Shown: positions 48,506 through 58,628, counted from the stretch's first letter. The stretch: DNA of 64,000 nucleotides from Deltaproteobacteria bacterium (GCA_016190375.1 JACPQR010000020.1:3665-67664), one strand, 5' to 3'. Notes: generated from the letters alone by a model not told the origin. Made by a program: numbers and translations.

Positions 48506-48586
48506 TCTCGCTCCCGCCGCGCCCGAGTGCGCCGAACCACGGTGGGTACGAGTGCGGACGCATGTCGTCCGCCGGAGAGAGCGAGA
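48506..48586 (+). promoter_or_regulatory. Candidate RBS-sequestering RNA structure
   Basis: TCTCGCTC (48506-13) pairs with GAGCGAGA (48579-86, includes A of ATG); inner hairpin GCGGACG/CGTCCGC (48554-60/48566-72). Confidence 0.45.
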
Positions 48587-49980
48587 TGAGCGAGCCAGCC
48601 AAGAAGATCCAGCCGGACAATGCCACGAAGCCCGTTCCCGACGGCCATGCGCCGGGTCACGACGGTGAGCACATGCCCGAAGGCGAGGAAGAGGCCCCGC
48701 ACGGGACGCGCGCGGCCGCGATCGTCCGGTGGGTGATCATCCTCTCCGTGGCCGCGGTGGCGGCCTTCACGGTCGGCAAGTGCATCGTCGACTCGGCGGC
48801 CGGCCCGTCGGCAGAGAGCCAGACCGTGTGGACCTGCCCGATGCACCCGCAGATCGTCCAGAACGAGCCGGGCGAGTGCCCGATCTGCGGCATGGACCTG
48901 GTGCCGAAGCAGAGGGAAGCGGCGCACGAGGACCACGCGAACGCGGATGGCGGCGTCGCCGGGCTCGTCCCGGTGACGATCTCGGAGGAGCGGATCCAGT
49001 CCAGCGGGATCCGCACGACGAAGGCCGTCAGGAAGTCGCTGGAGGGCGGGATTCGCACCCTCGGCACCGTCGCGCCCGACGAGCGGAGGTTCGCGGACGT
49101 GACGGCGCGAGTGCCGGGCTGGCTGGGCTCCGTCCGCGTCGCCGCCGTCGGCGACCGAGTTCGCCGCGGGCAGCTCCTCGCGTCGATCGAGAGCCCGGAC
49201 GTCCTGGCGGCGAGCCGCGAGCTGGTGCAGCTCCGCTCGCTCGGCTCGACCCAGGCGCTGGCGGGCGCCGACCTCGCTGCCCCGGTTCGACAGAGGCTGG
49301 AGCTTCTTGGCCTGCCTCGCGGGCAGATAGACCGGATCGAGCGAACGGGCCAGCCCGTGGGCGCGGTGCCGATCTCGGCGCCGATCGCCGGCACCGTGAT
49401 CGCCCGGAGCGCGATCCCGGGCAGCTACGTGGACCGCGGCGCGCCGCTGTACCAGATCGGCGACCTGAGCACGGTCTGGGTGTTGGTCGACGTCTACCCC
49501 CGCGATCTACCAAGGGTCAGCGTCGGGCAGCACGCGGTGGTCCAGCTCGAGGGAGGCGCGGCGCCCCCGGTCGAGGGCACCGTCACCTACCTTTACCCGA
49601 CGACCGACCTCCAGACGCGTACGACCCGAGTGCGCATCGAGCTACAGAACACCGATGGGAGGATCCGCCCCGGGCTGTTCGCCGAGGTCACGCTCCACGC
49701 TCCGCCCGTCGATGCCGTCGTCGTCCCTTCCGAGGCGGTCGCGTCGACCGGCGAGCAGGAGCACGTGTTCGTGGCCACGGGTGGAGGCCGCTTCGAGCCT
49801 CGCCGGGTGCGGACGGGAACCCGCAGCGGCGCCGAGGTGGCGATCGTGGAGGGGCTCGCCGAGGGCGAGGAGGTCGTCTCCAGCTCCGCGTTCCTGCTCG
49901 ATTCCGAGAGCCGGCTGAGGTCGGCGATCCAGGGTGGCGGAGGATCCGCGGGCGGGGGCCACCAGGGGCACGGGCAATGA
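48586..49980 (+). CDS. cusB: Heavy-metal RND periplasmic adaptor (CusB-like)
   Basis: WTCPMHP...CPICGMDL metal-binding domain; MFP fold; His-rich termini; start 48562 or 48586. Confidence 0.9.
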   Translation: MSEPAKKIQPDNATKPVPDGHAPGHDGEHMPEGEEEAPHGTRAAAIVRWVIILSVAAVAAFTVGKCIVDSAAGPSAESQTVWTCPMHPQIVQNEPGECPICGMDLVPKQREAAHEDHANADGGVAGLVPVTISEERIQSSGIRTTKAVRKSLEGGIRTLGTVAPDERRFADVTARVPGWLGSVRVAAVGDRVRRGQLLASIESPDVLAASRELVQLRSLGSTQALAGADLAAPVRQRLELLGLPRGQIDRIERTGQPVGAVPISAPIAGTVIARSAIPGSYVDRGAPLYQIGDLSTVWVLVDVYPRDLPRVSVGQHAVVQLEGGAAPPVEGTVTYLYPTTDLQTRTTRVRIELQNTDGRIRPGLFAEVTLHAPPVDAVVVPSEAVASTGEQEHVFVATGGGRFEPRRVRTGTRSGAEVAIVEGLAEGEEVVSSSAFLLDSESRLRSAIQGGGGSAGGGHQGHGQ

Positions 49981-52900
49981 TCGGCGGAATCATCGAGTGG
50001 AGCGCGAAGAACCGCTTCTTCGTGGTGCTCGCGGCCATGGGGCTCGCCGCCGGGGCGTACTACGCGATGCGGGAGGTCCCGCTCGACGCCATCCCCGACC
50101 TGTCCGACACGCAGGTCATCGTCTTCACCGAGTGGATGGGCCGCAGCCCCACGCTCGTCGAGGACCAGATCACCTACCCCCTGGTCACCTCTCTCGTGTC
50201 CGCCCCGAAGGTCACGGACGTCCGCGGCTTCTCGATGTTCGGGATGTCCTTCCTCTACGTCCTGTTCGAGGAGGGGACCGACGTCTACTGGGCGCGCAGT
50301 CGCGTCCTCGAGTACCTGGGGTCAGTCCGGGAACGCCTTCCGGACGGCGTCAGCCCCACTCTCGGTCCCGACGCGACCGGGGTCGGATGGGCGTTCCAGT
50401 ACACCCTGGTCGACAAGTCCGGCAACCACGACCTGGCGGAATTGAGGACCTTCCAGGACTTCACGCTCCGCTATGCCGTCGCGGCCGTTCCCGGCGTGGC
50501 CGAGGTCGCGAGCCTGGGCGGGTACGAGAAGCAGTACCAGGTGATCGTCGAGCCGCGGCGCCTGCGGGCCTACGGCATCCCGCTCGACGAGGTGATCCGG
50601 GCCGTCCGTGGCAGCTCGAACGACGTGGGCGGACGCGTGGTCGAGATGTCGGGGCGCGAGTACTACGTGCGCGGCCGAGGGTACATCGAGAACCTCGGGG
50701 ACCTCGCCGGCACGGTCGTCCGCGCCTCGGGCCCGTCCGGGACTCCCATCCGATTGTCGGATCTCGGCGAGGTACGGTTCGGCCCGGACATGCGCAGGGG
50801 CCTGCTCGAATGGAACGGCACGGGCGAGGCCGTGGGCGCGATCGTCATCGTCCGTGACAAGGAGAACGCCCTCGAGGTCATCGATCGAGTCAAGGAGAAG
50901 CTCCGATCGGTCCTGCCTTCCGACGGGATCGACTTCGAGGTGGCCTACGACCGGTCGGCGCTGATCCGGCGCTCCATCGACACGCTCACCCACTCGCTCC
51001 TCGAAGAGGCGATCGTCGTCAGCGTCGTCATCATCCTCTTCCTGCTCCACTTCCGGAGCGCGCTAGTCCCGATCCTGTCCTTGCCCATCGGAGTCGCGGC
51101 GGCCTTCATCCCGATGGCCGTCATCGGAGTGAGCTCGAACATCATGAGCCTCGGAGGGATCGCGATCGCCATCGGCGCGATGGTGGACGCCGCCATCGTG
51201 ATGGTCGAGAACGCCCACAAGAAGCTGGAGAAGCACCCGCCCGGTGCGCCGACGCTTCCGGTCATGATCGATGCCGCCAGGGAGGTCGGGCCGGCCATCT
51301 TCTTCTCGCTCCTGGTCATCACCGTGGGGTTCCTCCCGATCTTTGCGCTGACCGGGCAGCCCGGGCGCCTCTTCATTCCCATGGCGTTCACCAAGACCTT
51401 CGTCATGTTCTCCTCCGCGATCCTCGCGATCACGCTCGGCCCGGCGCTCATGGCGATCTTCATCAGGGGCAAGATCCGTCACGAGGCCGACCACCCGATC
51501 TCGAAGGTGATCCTGAGAGCGTACAAGCCCTTCGTGTACGTCGCGCTGCGCAACCCGATCACGACCATCTCGATCGCGGCGTTCGCGATCCTCTCGATGC
51601 TCCCGCTCGTCCGGCACCTCGGAAGCGAGTTCATGCCGCCGCTCAACGAGGGCGACATCCTGTACATGCCGACGACCTTCCCGAACATCTCGATCGAGCA
51701 GGCCAAGGTCGAGCTGCAGCGGCAGGACCGCGTGCTCGCGAGCTTTCCGGAGGTGCTCAGCGTCTTCGGCAAGATCGGGCGAGCCGAGACCGCGACCGAC
51801 CCCGCGCCCCTGACGATGGTCGAGACCACGATCCGCCTCAGGCCGCGGGAGGAGTGGCGAAAGGTCGACGAGGAGCGCTGGTACTCCGGCTGGGCGCCGG
51901 GATGGCTGAAGGCGGTCCTTCGGAGCGTCTGGGCAGACCGGCGGCCCCTCACCTGGGAGGAGCTCACTGCCAAGATGAACGTTGCATTGCAGCCTCCCGG
52001 CTGGACGAACGCGTTCACGATGCCGATCAAGACGCGCATCGACATGCTCACGACGGGCGTCCGGACCCCGATCGGGATAAAGGTCTTCGGGGACGACCTC
52101 CAGACCATCGAGCACGTGGGCACGGCGCTCGAGGCGGTGATCTCCCCGATCCGCGGGACCCGCAGCGTCCTGTACGAGCGCAACCTGGGCGGCCTCTACA
52201 TCGACATCATCCCCGACCGCGCAGCCCTCGCCAGGCAGGGCATGACGGTCGACGACCTGCAGCGCACCATCGAGGCTGCCATCGGCGGGATGCCGATCCT
52301 CGTGACGGTCGAGGGACGATCCCGCTTCTCGATCAACGTTCGCTATCCGCAGGACGTGCGCTCCGACATCGACGCCCTGCGCGCGCTGCCCGTTCCCGTG
52401 GGCCGGTCGGGTGGCGGCATGGGTCCGATGGGCGCCGTGTCGGGACCCCGGCAAACGCTCATCGCTCAGAACATGCCGATGGGCGGCGGACCGGCAGGGA
52501 GCATCCCGGCCCCGCCCGGGCTGGGCAGCCCGATGGGCCAGATGGTCGGGCCGATGAGCGACGTTCCCACGAGGGCTCCGATGGGCGGTGCGCTCTCGGG
52601 AGCGGCCATGTCCGGAGGATCGGCCCGCGGGGCTGGCGGCGCCTCGGGCTCCGCGCCGTCGGCCACGCGCTACCTCCCTCTCGGACAGCTCGCGGAGGTC
52701 AAGATCGTCAGCGGCCCGCCGATGGTGCGCGACGAGGACGGGCTGCTCGTGGGCTACGTCTACGTCGACATCGACACGAACCAGCGAGACATCGGCGGCT
52801 ACGTGGACGAGGCCAAGGCGGCCGTCGAGCGGGCCAGGCAGGAGGGCAGGCTGCACCTGACGTCCGGGATGTTCCTCAAGTGGACGGGCCAGTACGAGCT

Positions 52901-53672
52901 GCTCGAGAAGATGACCGAGCGGATGAAGGTCGTCCTCCCGCTCACGCTGGGCATCATCATCATCCTCCTGTTCCTGCACTTCAGGAACATGGTCGAGGTG
53001 CTGATCGTCCTGTGCTCCATCCCGTTCGCGCTGGTCGGGAGCGTGTGGGCGATGTACCTGCTCGACTACCGGATCTCGACGGCGGTCTGGGTCGGCGTGA
53101 TCGCGCTCGGTGGGCTGGCGGCGCAGACCGGCATCGTCATGATCGTCTACATCGACCACGCCTTCGAGCGGCGCCAGAAGGCCGGGAAGATCCGCTGCCT
53201 GCAGGACATCGTCTGGGCCCACATGGAGGGGACGGTGATGCGCGTCCGCCCCAAGCTGATGACGGTCGCGACGATGATGGTGGGCCTTCTGCCGCTCCTG
53301 TGGGCCGAGGGGAGCGGCGCCGACGTGATGAAGCGGATCGCGGCGCCGATGGTCGGGGGCCTCGCGACGAGCGCTTTCCTGACGCTCGAGGTCATCCCCG
53401 TCATCTACACCTACTGGCGCTGGGAGCAGCTCCTGTGGGGGAAGCTGGCGGAAACCCAGCCGCGGCTCCTCGCCAGGCTGCGCCCGCCCGCCATCCTCGT
53501 CGGGATCGGCTTCTTCCTCCCCTGGGCGATCGGGCTCGCGATGCTCTACCTGACGATTCCGTTCTGGATCGTCGAGGCGGTCGTGGCCGTGGCCGGCGCG
53601 GCCCTGCTCGGCGGCGCGATCGCCTACCTGATCCAGCGACCGGGAGCGGCCCGCGCCGTGGCGCTGACATGA
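49977..53672 (+). CDS. cusA: CusA/CzcA family heavy-metal RND transporter (Cu+/Ag+ type)
   Basis: DAIPDLSD, GPDATGVG, GAMVDAAIVMVEN, LYMP / PLTMVET / RIDML Met sites, RVRPKLMT. Confidence 0.95.
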   Translation: MIGGIIEWSAKNRFFVVLAAMGLAAGAYYAMREVPLDAIPDLSDTQVIVFTEWMGRSPTLVEDQITYPLVTSLVSAPKVTDVRGFSMFGMSFLYVLFEEGTDVYWARSRVLEYLGSVRERLPDGVSPTLGPDATGVGWAFQYTLVDKSGNHDLAELRTFQDFTLRYAVAAVPGVAEVASLGGYEKQYQVIVEPRRLRAYGIPLDEVIRAVRGSSNDVGGRVVEMSGREYYVRGRGYIENLGDLAGTVVRASGPSGTPIRLSDLGEVRFGPDMRRGLLEWNGTGEAVGAIVIVRDKENALEVIDRVKEKLRSVLPSDGIDFEVAYDRSALIRRSIDTLTHSLLEEAIVVSVVIILFLLHFRSALVPILSLPIGVAAAFIPMAVIGVSSNIMSLGGIAIAIGAMVDAAIVMVENAHKKLEKHPPGAPTLPVMIDAAREVGPAIFFSLLVITVGFLPIFALTGQPGRLFIPMAFTKTFVMFSSAILAITLGPALMAIFIRGKIRHEADHPISKVILRAYKPFVYVALRNPITTISIAAFAILSMLPLVRHLGSEFMPPLNEGDILYMPTTFPNISIEQAKVELQRQDRVLASFPEVLSVFGKIGRAETATDPAPLTMVETTIRLRPREEWRKVDEERWYSGWAPGWLKAVLRSVWADRRPLTWEELTAKMNVALQPPGWTNAFTMPIKTRIDMLTTGVRTPIGIKVFGDDLQTIEHVGTALEAVISPIRGTRSVLYERNLGGLYIDIIPDRAALARQGMTVDDLQRTIEAAIGGMPILVTVEGRSRFSINVRYPQDVRSDIDALRALPVPVGRSGGGMGPMGAVSGPRQTLIAQNMPMGGGPAGSIPAPPGLGSPMGQMVGPMSDVPTRAPMGGALSGAAMSGGSARGAGGASGSAPSATRYLPLGQLAEVKIVSGPPMVRDEDGLLVGYVYVDIDTNQRDIGGYVDEAKAAVERARQEGRLHLTSGMFLKWTGQYELLEKMTERMKVVLPLTLGIIIILLFLHFRNMVEVLIVLCSIPFALVGSVWAMYLLDYRISTAVWVGVIALGGLAAQTGIVMIVYIDHAFERRQKAGKIRCLQDIVWAHMEGTVMRVRPKLMTVATMMVGLLPLLWAEGSGADVMKRIAAPMVGGLATSAFLTLEVIPVIYTYWRWEQLLWGKLAETQPRLLARLRPPAILVGIGFFLPWAIGLAMLYLTIPFWIVEAVVAVAGAALLGGAIAYLIQRPGAARAVALT

Positions 53673-54967
53673 GAGCCATGCCCAGACACGTGCTCGTCGT
53701 CCTCCCGATCGCGCTCCTCGCGGGCTCGCTCGCCCAGGCCGATCCGCCTGGGCGCCCGCTGACGATGCAGTGGGTCGTCGCGATGCTCCAGGCACGGCAT
53801 CCGGCGGTGCAGGCCGCTCGGGAGCGGTTGCGCGCGGCCCAGACCGGTGCGGCACAGGCGTACATCCTTCCCGATCCGATGTTCATGGTGGAAGGCCAGC
53901 CGGCCTACCGTTTCGGCGAGGGCGTGGGGATGCTGATGTACTCGCTGCAGCAGAGCTTCCCGCTCGGCCCAGAGCGGAGCCTGAACGCCCGCGCGGCCAG
54001 GTCGGAAGCGGCGGCCAGCAGGGTCGACGTCGAGACCACGAAGCTCGACCTCGTGCTCGCGGCGAAGCTCGCCTTCGTGCGCCTGGCGGAGGCGGAGGCG
54101 GTTCGCGCGACGCGCGAGGAGGAGCTGGCCATTGCGACCTCGACGGCGCAGGTGGTCCGGGCCCGGGTCAGCGTGGGCGCGACGCCGCCGTCGAACGCGC
54201 TCAACGCGACGTTCCTGGTCACCACGGCGGAGACCGCGCTCGAGGCAGCCCACGGCGAGGAGAGGTCCGCGCGTACCGCGCTGCTCGCGCTCGTGGGGCT
54301 GCCGCCGGACGCCGAGCTCGGGCCGGCGCAGCCGCTGACGGTCGCGGCCGAGCCGCCACCGCTCGGAGCCCTCTTCGACGGTGCCCGGCGCTCCAGACCC
54401 GAGCTCCGGGCGTACGCGGCGCGCGCCACCGCGGCAGAGCGACGCGGTGCCGCCATCGACTCGCGATCGTCGCCCATGCTCACCGTCGGCGCGGGGTACG
54501 TGCAGGACTTCGCGATGATGCCCGCCGAGGACGGTGGGACCGAGTCGGCGGCGGACGGCATCATGGCGATGGCCGGCATCTCGCTCCCCATCTGGACGAG
54601 CCCCCGCCGCGCCGCGGCCGCCGAGGCGCGGGCGAACGCGAGGGCGCTTCGGGCGGACGCGGCGACCGTGCTCAGGAGCGCCGAGACCGAGATCGCCTCG
54701 CTCCGGGCCAGCATCGTCTCGGCGCGCGCCCGGGCGGCGATCATCCACGATCGACTGATCCCACAGGCGAACGCCCACCACGAGCTGGCCTCCATCGAGT
54801 ACGTGCGAGGACAGACCGATTTCTTCGACCTGCAGGAGGCTGTCAGACACCACATCTCGAGCCAGCTCGACGAGGTTCGAGTCATCGCCGAGCTCTCGCG
54901 GCTCGAGGCGATGCTGGAGCGCACCATCGGAACCGAGCTCACACCGCTACAAGGAGAAGGAAGATGA
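53669..54967 (+). CDS. TolC/CusC-like outer-membrane efflux protein
   Basis: LPDPMF, QQSFPLG, ISLPIW, helical repeats; ATGA overlap with cusA. Confidence 0.88.
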   Translation: MRAMPRHVLVVLPIALLAGSLAQADPPGRPLTMQWVVAMLQARHPAVQAARERLRAAQTGAAQAYILPDPMFMVEGQPAYRFGEGVGMLMYSLQQSFPLGPERSLNARAARSEAAASRVDVETTKLDLVLAAKLAFVRLAEAEAVRATREEELAIATSTAQVVRARVSVGATPPSNALNATFLVTTAETALEAAHGEERSARTALLALVGLPPDAELGPAQPLTVAAEPPPLGALFDGARRSRPELRAYAARATAAERRGAAIDSRSSPMLTVGAGYVQDFAMMPAEDGGTESAADGIMAMAGISLPIWTSPRRAAAAEARANARALRADAATVLRSAETEIASLRASIVSARARAAIIHDRLIPQANAHHELASIEYVRGQTDFFDLQEAVRHHISSQLDEVRVIAELSRLEAMLERTIGTELTPLQGEGR

Positions 54968-55326
54968 CGGACTGGATCAAAGGCACGATTCTCGGCGCCG
55001 GGCTTGCCCTCGTCGGAGCCTGCTCACAGGGTCAGGCGGACGAGCACGAGCAGCACCAGACCTCGGACGGCAGAGCCGCCGTGACCGTCGACTCGGACGG
55101 CTACCACCCCGCGACCATCCACGCGCCCGCCGGCAAGGCGCTGAAGATCGTGTTCACGCGAACGACCGACCGCAGCTGCGGCACCGAGGTCGTGTTCCCG
55201 TCGCTCGACATCCGCCGGGACCTCCCGCTGAACCGCCCCGTGGAGGTGACCGTCACGCCGACCGCCGGCACGGTCTCGTTCACGTGCGGCATGTCGATGT
55301 ACCGCGGATCCATCGTCGCGCATTAG
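54964..55326 (+). CDS. Cupredoxin-domain lipoprotein (CupA-like copper chaperone)
   Basis: LVGAC lipobox; [26 protein letters not shown]. Confidence 0.88.
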   Translation: MTDWIKGTILGAGLALVGACSQGQADEHEQHQTSDGRAAVTVDSDGYHPATIHAPAGKALKIVFTRTTDRSCGTEVVFPSLDIRRDLPLNRPVEVTVTPTAGTVSFTCGMSMYRGSIVAH

Positions 55327-55336
55327 ACTACCCGGC

Positions 55337-55750
55337 GTGATCAGCTACCCTGTCTCCCCCGCCAAGCAGCGCGCTCTGGAAGAGCGGTTCTCGAGGCTCG
55401 GGATTCGCCAGGAGGACCTCGAGGAGACCTTCGTCCGTTCCGGCGGCAAGGGCGGCCAGAACGTCAACAAGGTGTCGACCTGCGTGGTCCTGCTCCACCG
55501 GCCGACCGGGACACGTGTCAAGTGCCAGATCGAGCGCTCTCAAGCGCTCAACCGCTTTCGCGCCCGGACTCTGTTGGCCGAACGGATCGAGCGGCAGGTC
55601 CTCGGGAAGGCGAGCGCCGAGGCAGCGCGGATCGCGAAGGTCCGCCGCCAGAAGCGCCGCCGCTCCCGGCGCGCGAAGGAGAAGATCCTCGCCGAGAAGC
55701 ACGCCCGCTCGGAGACGATCGCCTCGCGCAAGAAGGTCGACGAGGCGTAG
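55337..55750 (+). CDS. arfB: Ribosome-rescue peptidyl-tRNA hydrolase (ArfB/YaeJ-like)
   Basis: [17 protein letters not shown] (GGQ), RSQALNR, basic C-terminal tail. Confidence 0.85.
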   Translation: MISYPVSPAKQRALEERFSRLGIRQEDLEETFVRSGGKGGQNVNKVSTCVVLLHRPTGTRVKCQIERSQALNRFRARTLLAERIERQVLGKASAEAARIAKVRRQKRRRSRRAKEKILAEKHARSETIASRKKVDEA

Positions 55751-56884
55751 TCACGACGGCCGTTGCCCCGCCACGCCGACGGCGAGGAAGGCGGCTCCGA
55801 GGTACAGCTCCCGCATCCAGGAGCGCGGCAAGCACCGCGAAAACGAGTCCCATGGGTGACGCACTCCAGCGCCCAGCGTCACGCCGTATGGGCGCGCAAG
55901 CGCCACGGCGGCACGTACGAGCCATGGAGGCCAATCATCCGGCATCTTCATGTCGAGCACCACCCAGCGGCCGCCAGGCGCCAGGGCGCGGGCGCCGCGG
56001 GCTATGATCGCGTCGAACTCGGGGCTCAATGTCAGGGCGAACGTCGACAGGATGCCATTGACGCCGGAGGGGAAACCGAAGCTCGCAGCGTCGGTCCGGA
56101 CGAGCTCGACGTTCGGCCAGCCTTCCAGGAGCACCCGGCGACGTGCCTGCTCGAGCATGGCCTCGGTCAGATCGACGCCGATGATCCGGCCGGCCCTCCC
56201 GACGGCCCGCTCGAGAAGAGGGAAGTTCGCGCCGGTGCCGCAGCCGATCTCCACGACGGTTGCGCCAGGCTGAAGGGCGAGGGCGTCCACCGCCATCTGC
56301 CGATAGCGGTCGATCCGGAAGCCGATGAGCCGGTAGAGCCGACTCTCGAAGTCGTAGCGCGCCGCGCGCTTCCCGTAGAGCCGGGCAACCTCGTCGGGCT
56401 CGAATGCCCGGTCGCCGCTGCGCGGCTCGGTTCGCGAGGATGCAGGCCCGAAGGCTCGCTCGAGCCTCGCGAGCGACCGCTCGACCTCGGTAGCCACCAG
56501 CCGCCGCACGAGCCCGTCACCGACACGGCCCAGGAGCCAGGGCGGATGGGTCCACTCGATTCGGACGTGAACACGGCTGCGACCCGGTCCCACGTCGTCG
56601 ACCCAAAGCGAGGAGCCGAAGTGAACCGGCCCCACCCGACCCTCGTAGTCGGCGCGCCGACCCCCGTCCCACGTCACGACCCGCTCGACCACTGGCAGAC
56701 GCAAGGGTCCCAGCTCCGCCACCCATTCGTAGCTCGCGCCGGGCCCGGTCCCGGCCGATGTCGTCACGCGGCCGCTCGCGTAGCCGGCGACGTAATCCGC
56801 GAAGCGCGCCGGATCGGTCGCGTACTCGAAGACAGGCCTCTGGTCGGCGGTCACATCGGCGCTTCTCTCGACGTGGGAGATCAT
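55751..56884 (-). CDS. SRPBCC (START-like) domain fused to class I SAM methyltransferase
   Basis: N-terminal VFEYATDP...FADY...VTWD; VVEIGCGTG, GVDLTEAML. Confidence 0.8.
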   Translation of the reverse strand: MISHVERSADVTADQRPVFEYATDPARFADYVAGYASGRVTTSAGTGPGASYEWVAELGPLRLPVVERVVTWDGGRRADYEGRVGPVHFGSSLWVDDVGPGRSRVHVRIEWTHPPWLLGRVGDGLVRRLVATEVERSLARLERAFGPASSRTEPRSGDRAFEPDEVARLYGKRAARYDFESRLYRLIGFRIDRYRQMAVDALALQPGATVVEIGCGTGANFPLLERAVGRAGRIIGVDLTEAMLEQARRRVLLEGWPNVELVRTDAASFGFPSGVNGILSTFALTLSPEFDAIIARGARALAPGGRWVVLDMKMPDDWPPWLVRAAVALARPYGVTLGAGVRHPWDSFSRCLPRSWMRELYLGAAFLAVGVAGQRPS

Positions 56885-56902
56885 CCGCTCACCAGCACAT
56901 CG

Positions 56903-58516
56903 TCACGGGCCCACGCACCGCGACGGGTCCCCCGCGCACCGCGCTTCCTCGTCGCAGCAGTCGGATGGATCGTCGCAACGCTCGCCTTCTTCGCCGCACT
57001 CTTCGAGAACGCAGCGACCCCAGTCGCATCGATTCGAGCAGCAATCGTCTCCTTCGCTGCACAGCTCACCGGAGACGCCACATCCCGCGATGTCCTGGCA
57101 ACGCGCCGGGCTGCCCGCGCACATCCCGCCGCAGCAGTCCGAGTCGCCGCCCGGGCAGAGCTCGCCCGCGACCTGGCAGCCGTCGACGGGGTCGCAGCGC
57201 CCGTCGAGACCGCACTGGCGGGTGCAGCAGTCGTCGGCGAGCGAGCAGAGCTCGCCCGTCACGAGGCAGGTACCGCCTACTGGCTGGCAACGCGGGGGAT
57301 CGCCGGAGCAGCGGTCGGAGCAGCAGTCGGCGTCGCCTCCGGGACACAGCTCGCCGATGACCTGGCACTCGTCGCGCGGCTCGCAGCGACCGTCGAGCGA
57401 GCATCGGTTCGTGCAGCAGTCGCTCCAGAGGGTGCATACCTCGCCTGCGACCCGGCAGGAACCGCCGATGTCGTTGCACCTTGCGGGGTCGCCCGAGCAG
57501 CTCCCGCCGCAGCAGTCGGCGTCTCCTCCGGGGCAGCGCTCGCCGGCCACCTGGCAGCCCTCGCGAGCCTGGCAGCGTCCGTCGATGCCGCACCGGTTCG
57601 TGCAGCAGTCGTCCCAGAGCGTGCACAGCTCGCCGGTGACGCTGCACGAACCGCCGATCTCCTGGCAGCGCGGCGGGTCGCCCGCGCATTGCCCGCCGCA
57701 GCAATCTCGATCTCCTCCGCGGCAGAGCTCGCCGGCGACCTGGCACGAGTCGAGCTCCTGGCAGCGCCCGTCGATGCCGCACCGGTTCGTGCAGCACTCG
57801 TCCCAGACCCCGCAGGTCTCACCGGCGACGTCGCAAGCCCCGCCGATCTCCTGACAGCGAGGCGGATCGCCGACGCACTGCCCGCTGCAGCACTGCTCGT
57901 CCCCCAGCGAGCAGAGCTCCCCGACGACGCGGCAGCCCTCGAGCGCCTGGCAGTGCCCGTCGATCCCGCAGCGCCCCGAGCAGCACTCGGACCAGAGCGC
58001 GCACGTGGACCCCGCCACGTGGCAGCCCCCGACGTCGATGCAGCTTCCGCCGCCACACGCGTCGTCGCAGCAGTCCGCGTCGACGGCGCAGACCTCGTCG
58101 TGCGAGGCGCACATCGGGGCGTCGCACAGCCCGCCGTGACAGCCCAGATCACAGCAGTCCGCGGCGCGAGCGCACGGACCACCCGCCTGCACACACTCCA
58201 GGTCGACGTCGCCGTCCCCGTCCGCGTCGCCGTCGCCGTCCGAATCCGCATCGGCGTCGCCGTCGGAGTCCGAGTCGGAATCGCCGTCGGAGTCCGAGTC
58301 GGAATCGCCGTCGGTATCGGCGTCCGCATCGGTGTCGCCGTCGCCGTCGGTGTCGCCGTCGGTGTCGCCGTCGGTGTCGCCATCCGCGTCGGAGTCGGAG
58401 TCGGCGTCGCCGTCCGCTCCGGCATCGGCATCCAGCGGCTCCAGGGGTCGCGGATCGAGATCACAAGCACCCAATGCAGCGAGGGACATGACCCACCGGA
58501 ATGCCCACCGACCCAT
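56903..58516 (-). CDS. Lipoprotein with acidic (D-X)n linker and 14 tandem six-Cys (C-C-CC-C-C) modules
   Basis: ALGAC lipobox; linker 58202-58432; alternating ~30/33-aa modules. Confidence 0.85.
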   Translation of the reverse strand: MGRWAFRWVMSLAALGACDLDPRPLEPLDADAGADGDADSDSDADGDTDGDTDGDTDGDGDTDADADTDGDSDSDSDGDSDSDSDGDADADSDGDGDADGDGDVDLECVQAGGPCARAADCCDLGCHGGLCDAPMCASHDEVCAVDADCCDDACGGGSCIDVGGCHVAGSTCALWSECCSGRCGIDGHCQALEGCRVVGELCSLGDEQCCSGQCVGDPPRCQEIGGACDVAGETCGVWDECCTNRCGIDGRCQELDSCQVAGELCRGGDRDCCGGQCAGDPPRCQEIGGSCSVTGELCTLWDDCCTNRCGIDGRCQAREGCQVAGERCPGGDADCCGGSCSGDPARCNDIGGSCRVAGEVCTLWSDCCTNRCSLDGRCEPRDECQVIGELCPGGDADCCSDRCSGDPPRCQPVGGTCLVTGELCSLADDCCTRQCGLDGRCDPVDGCQVAGELCPGGDSDCCGGMCAGSPARCQDIAGCGVSGELCSEGDDCCSNRCDWGRCVLEECGEEGERCDDPSDCCDEEARCAGDPSRCVGP

Positions 58517-58628
58517 CGCCGCTCATCTTATCGCGTCCGGGCCAGAGAGGCGCATCCGGCTCGCGCGTGGGGGGCCGCGGCGCACGACCTGTTCGGCTCG
58601 AACCGGTCGGTCTATCCTGCTCCGGTTC

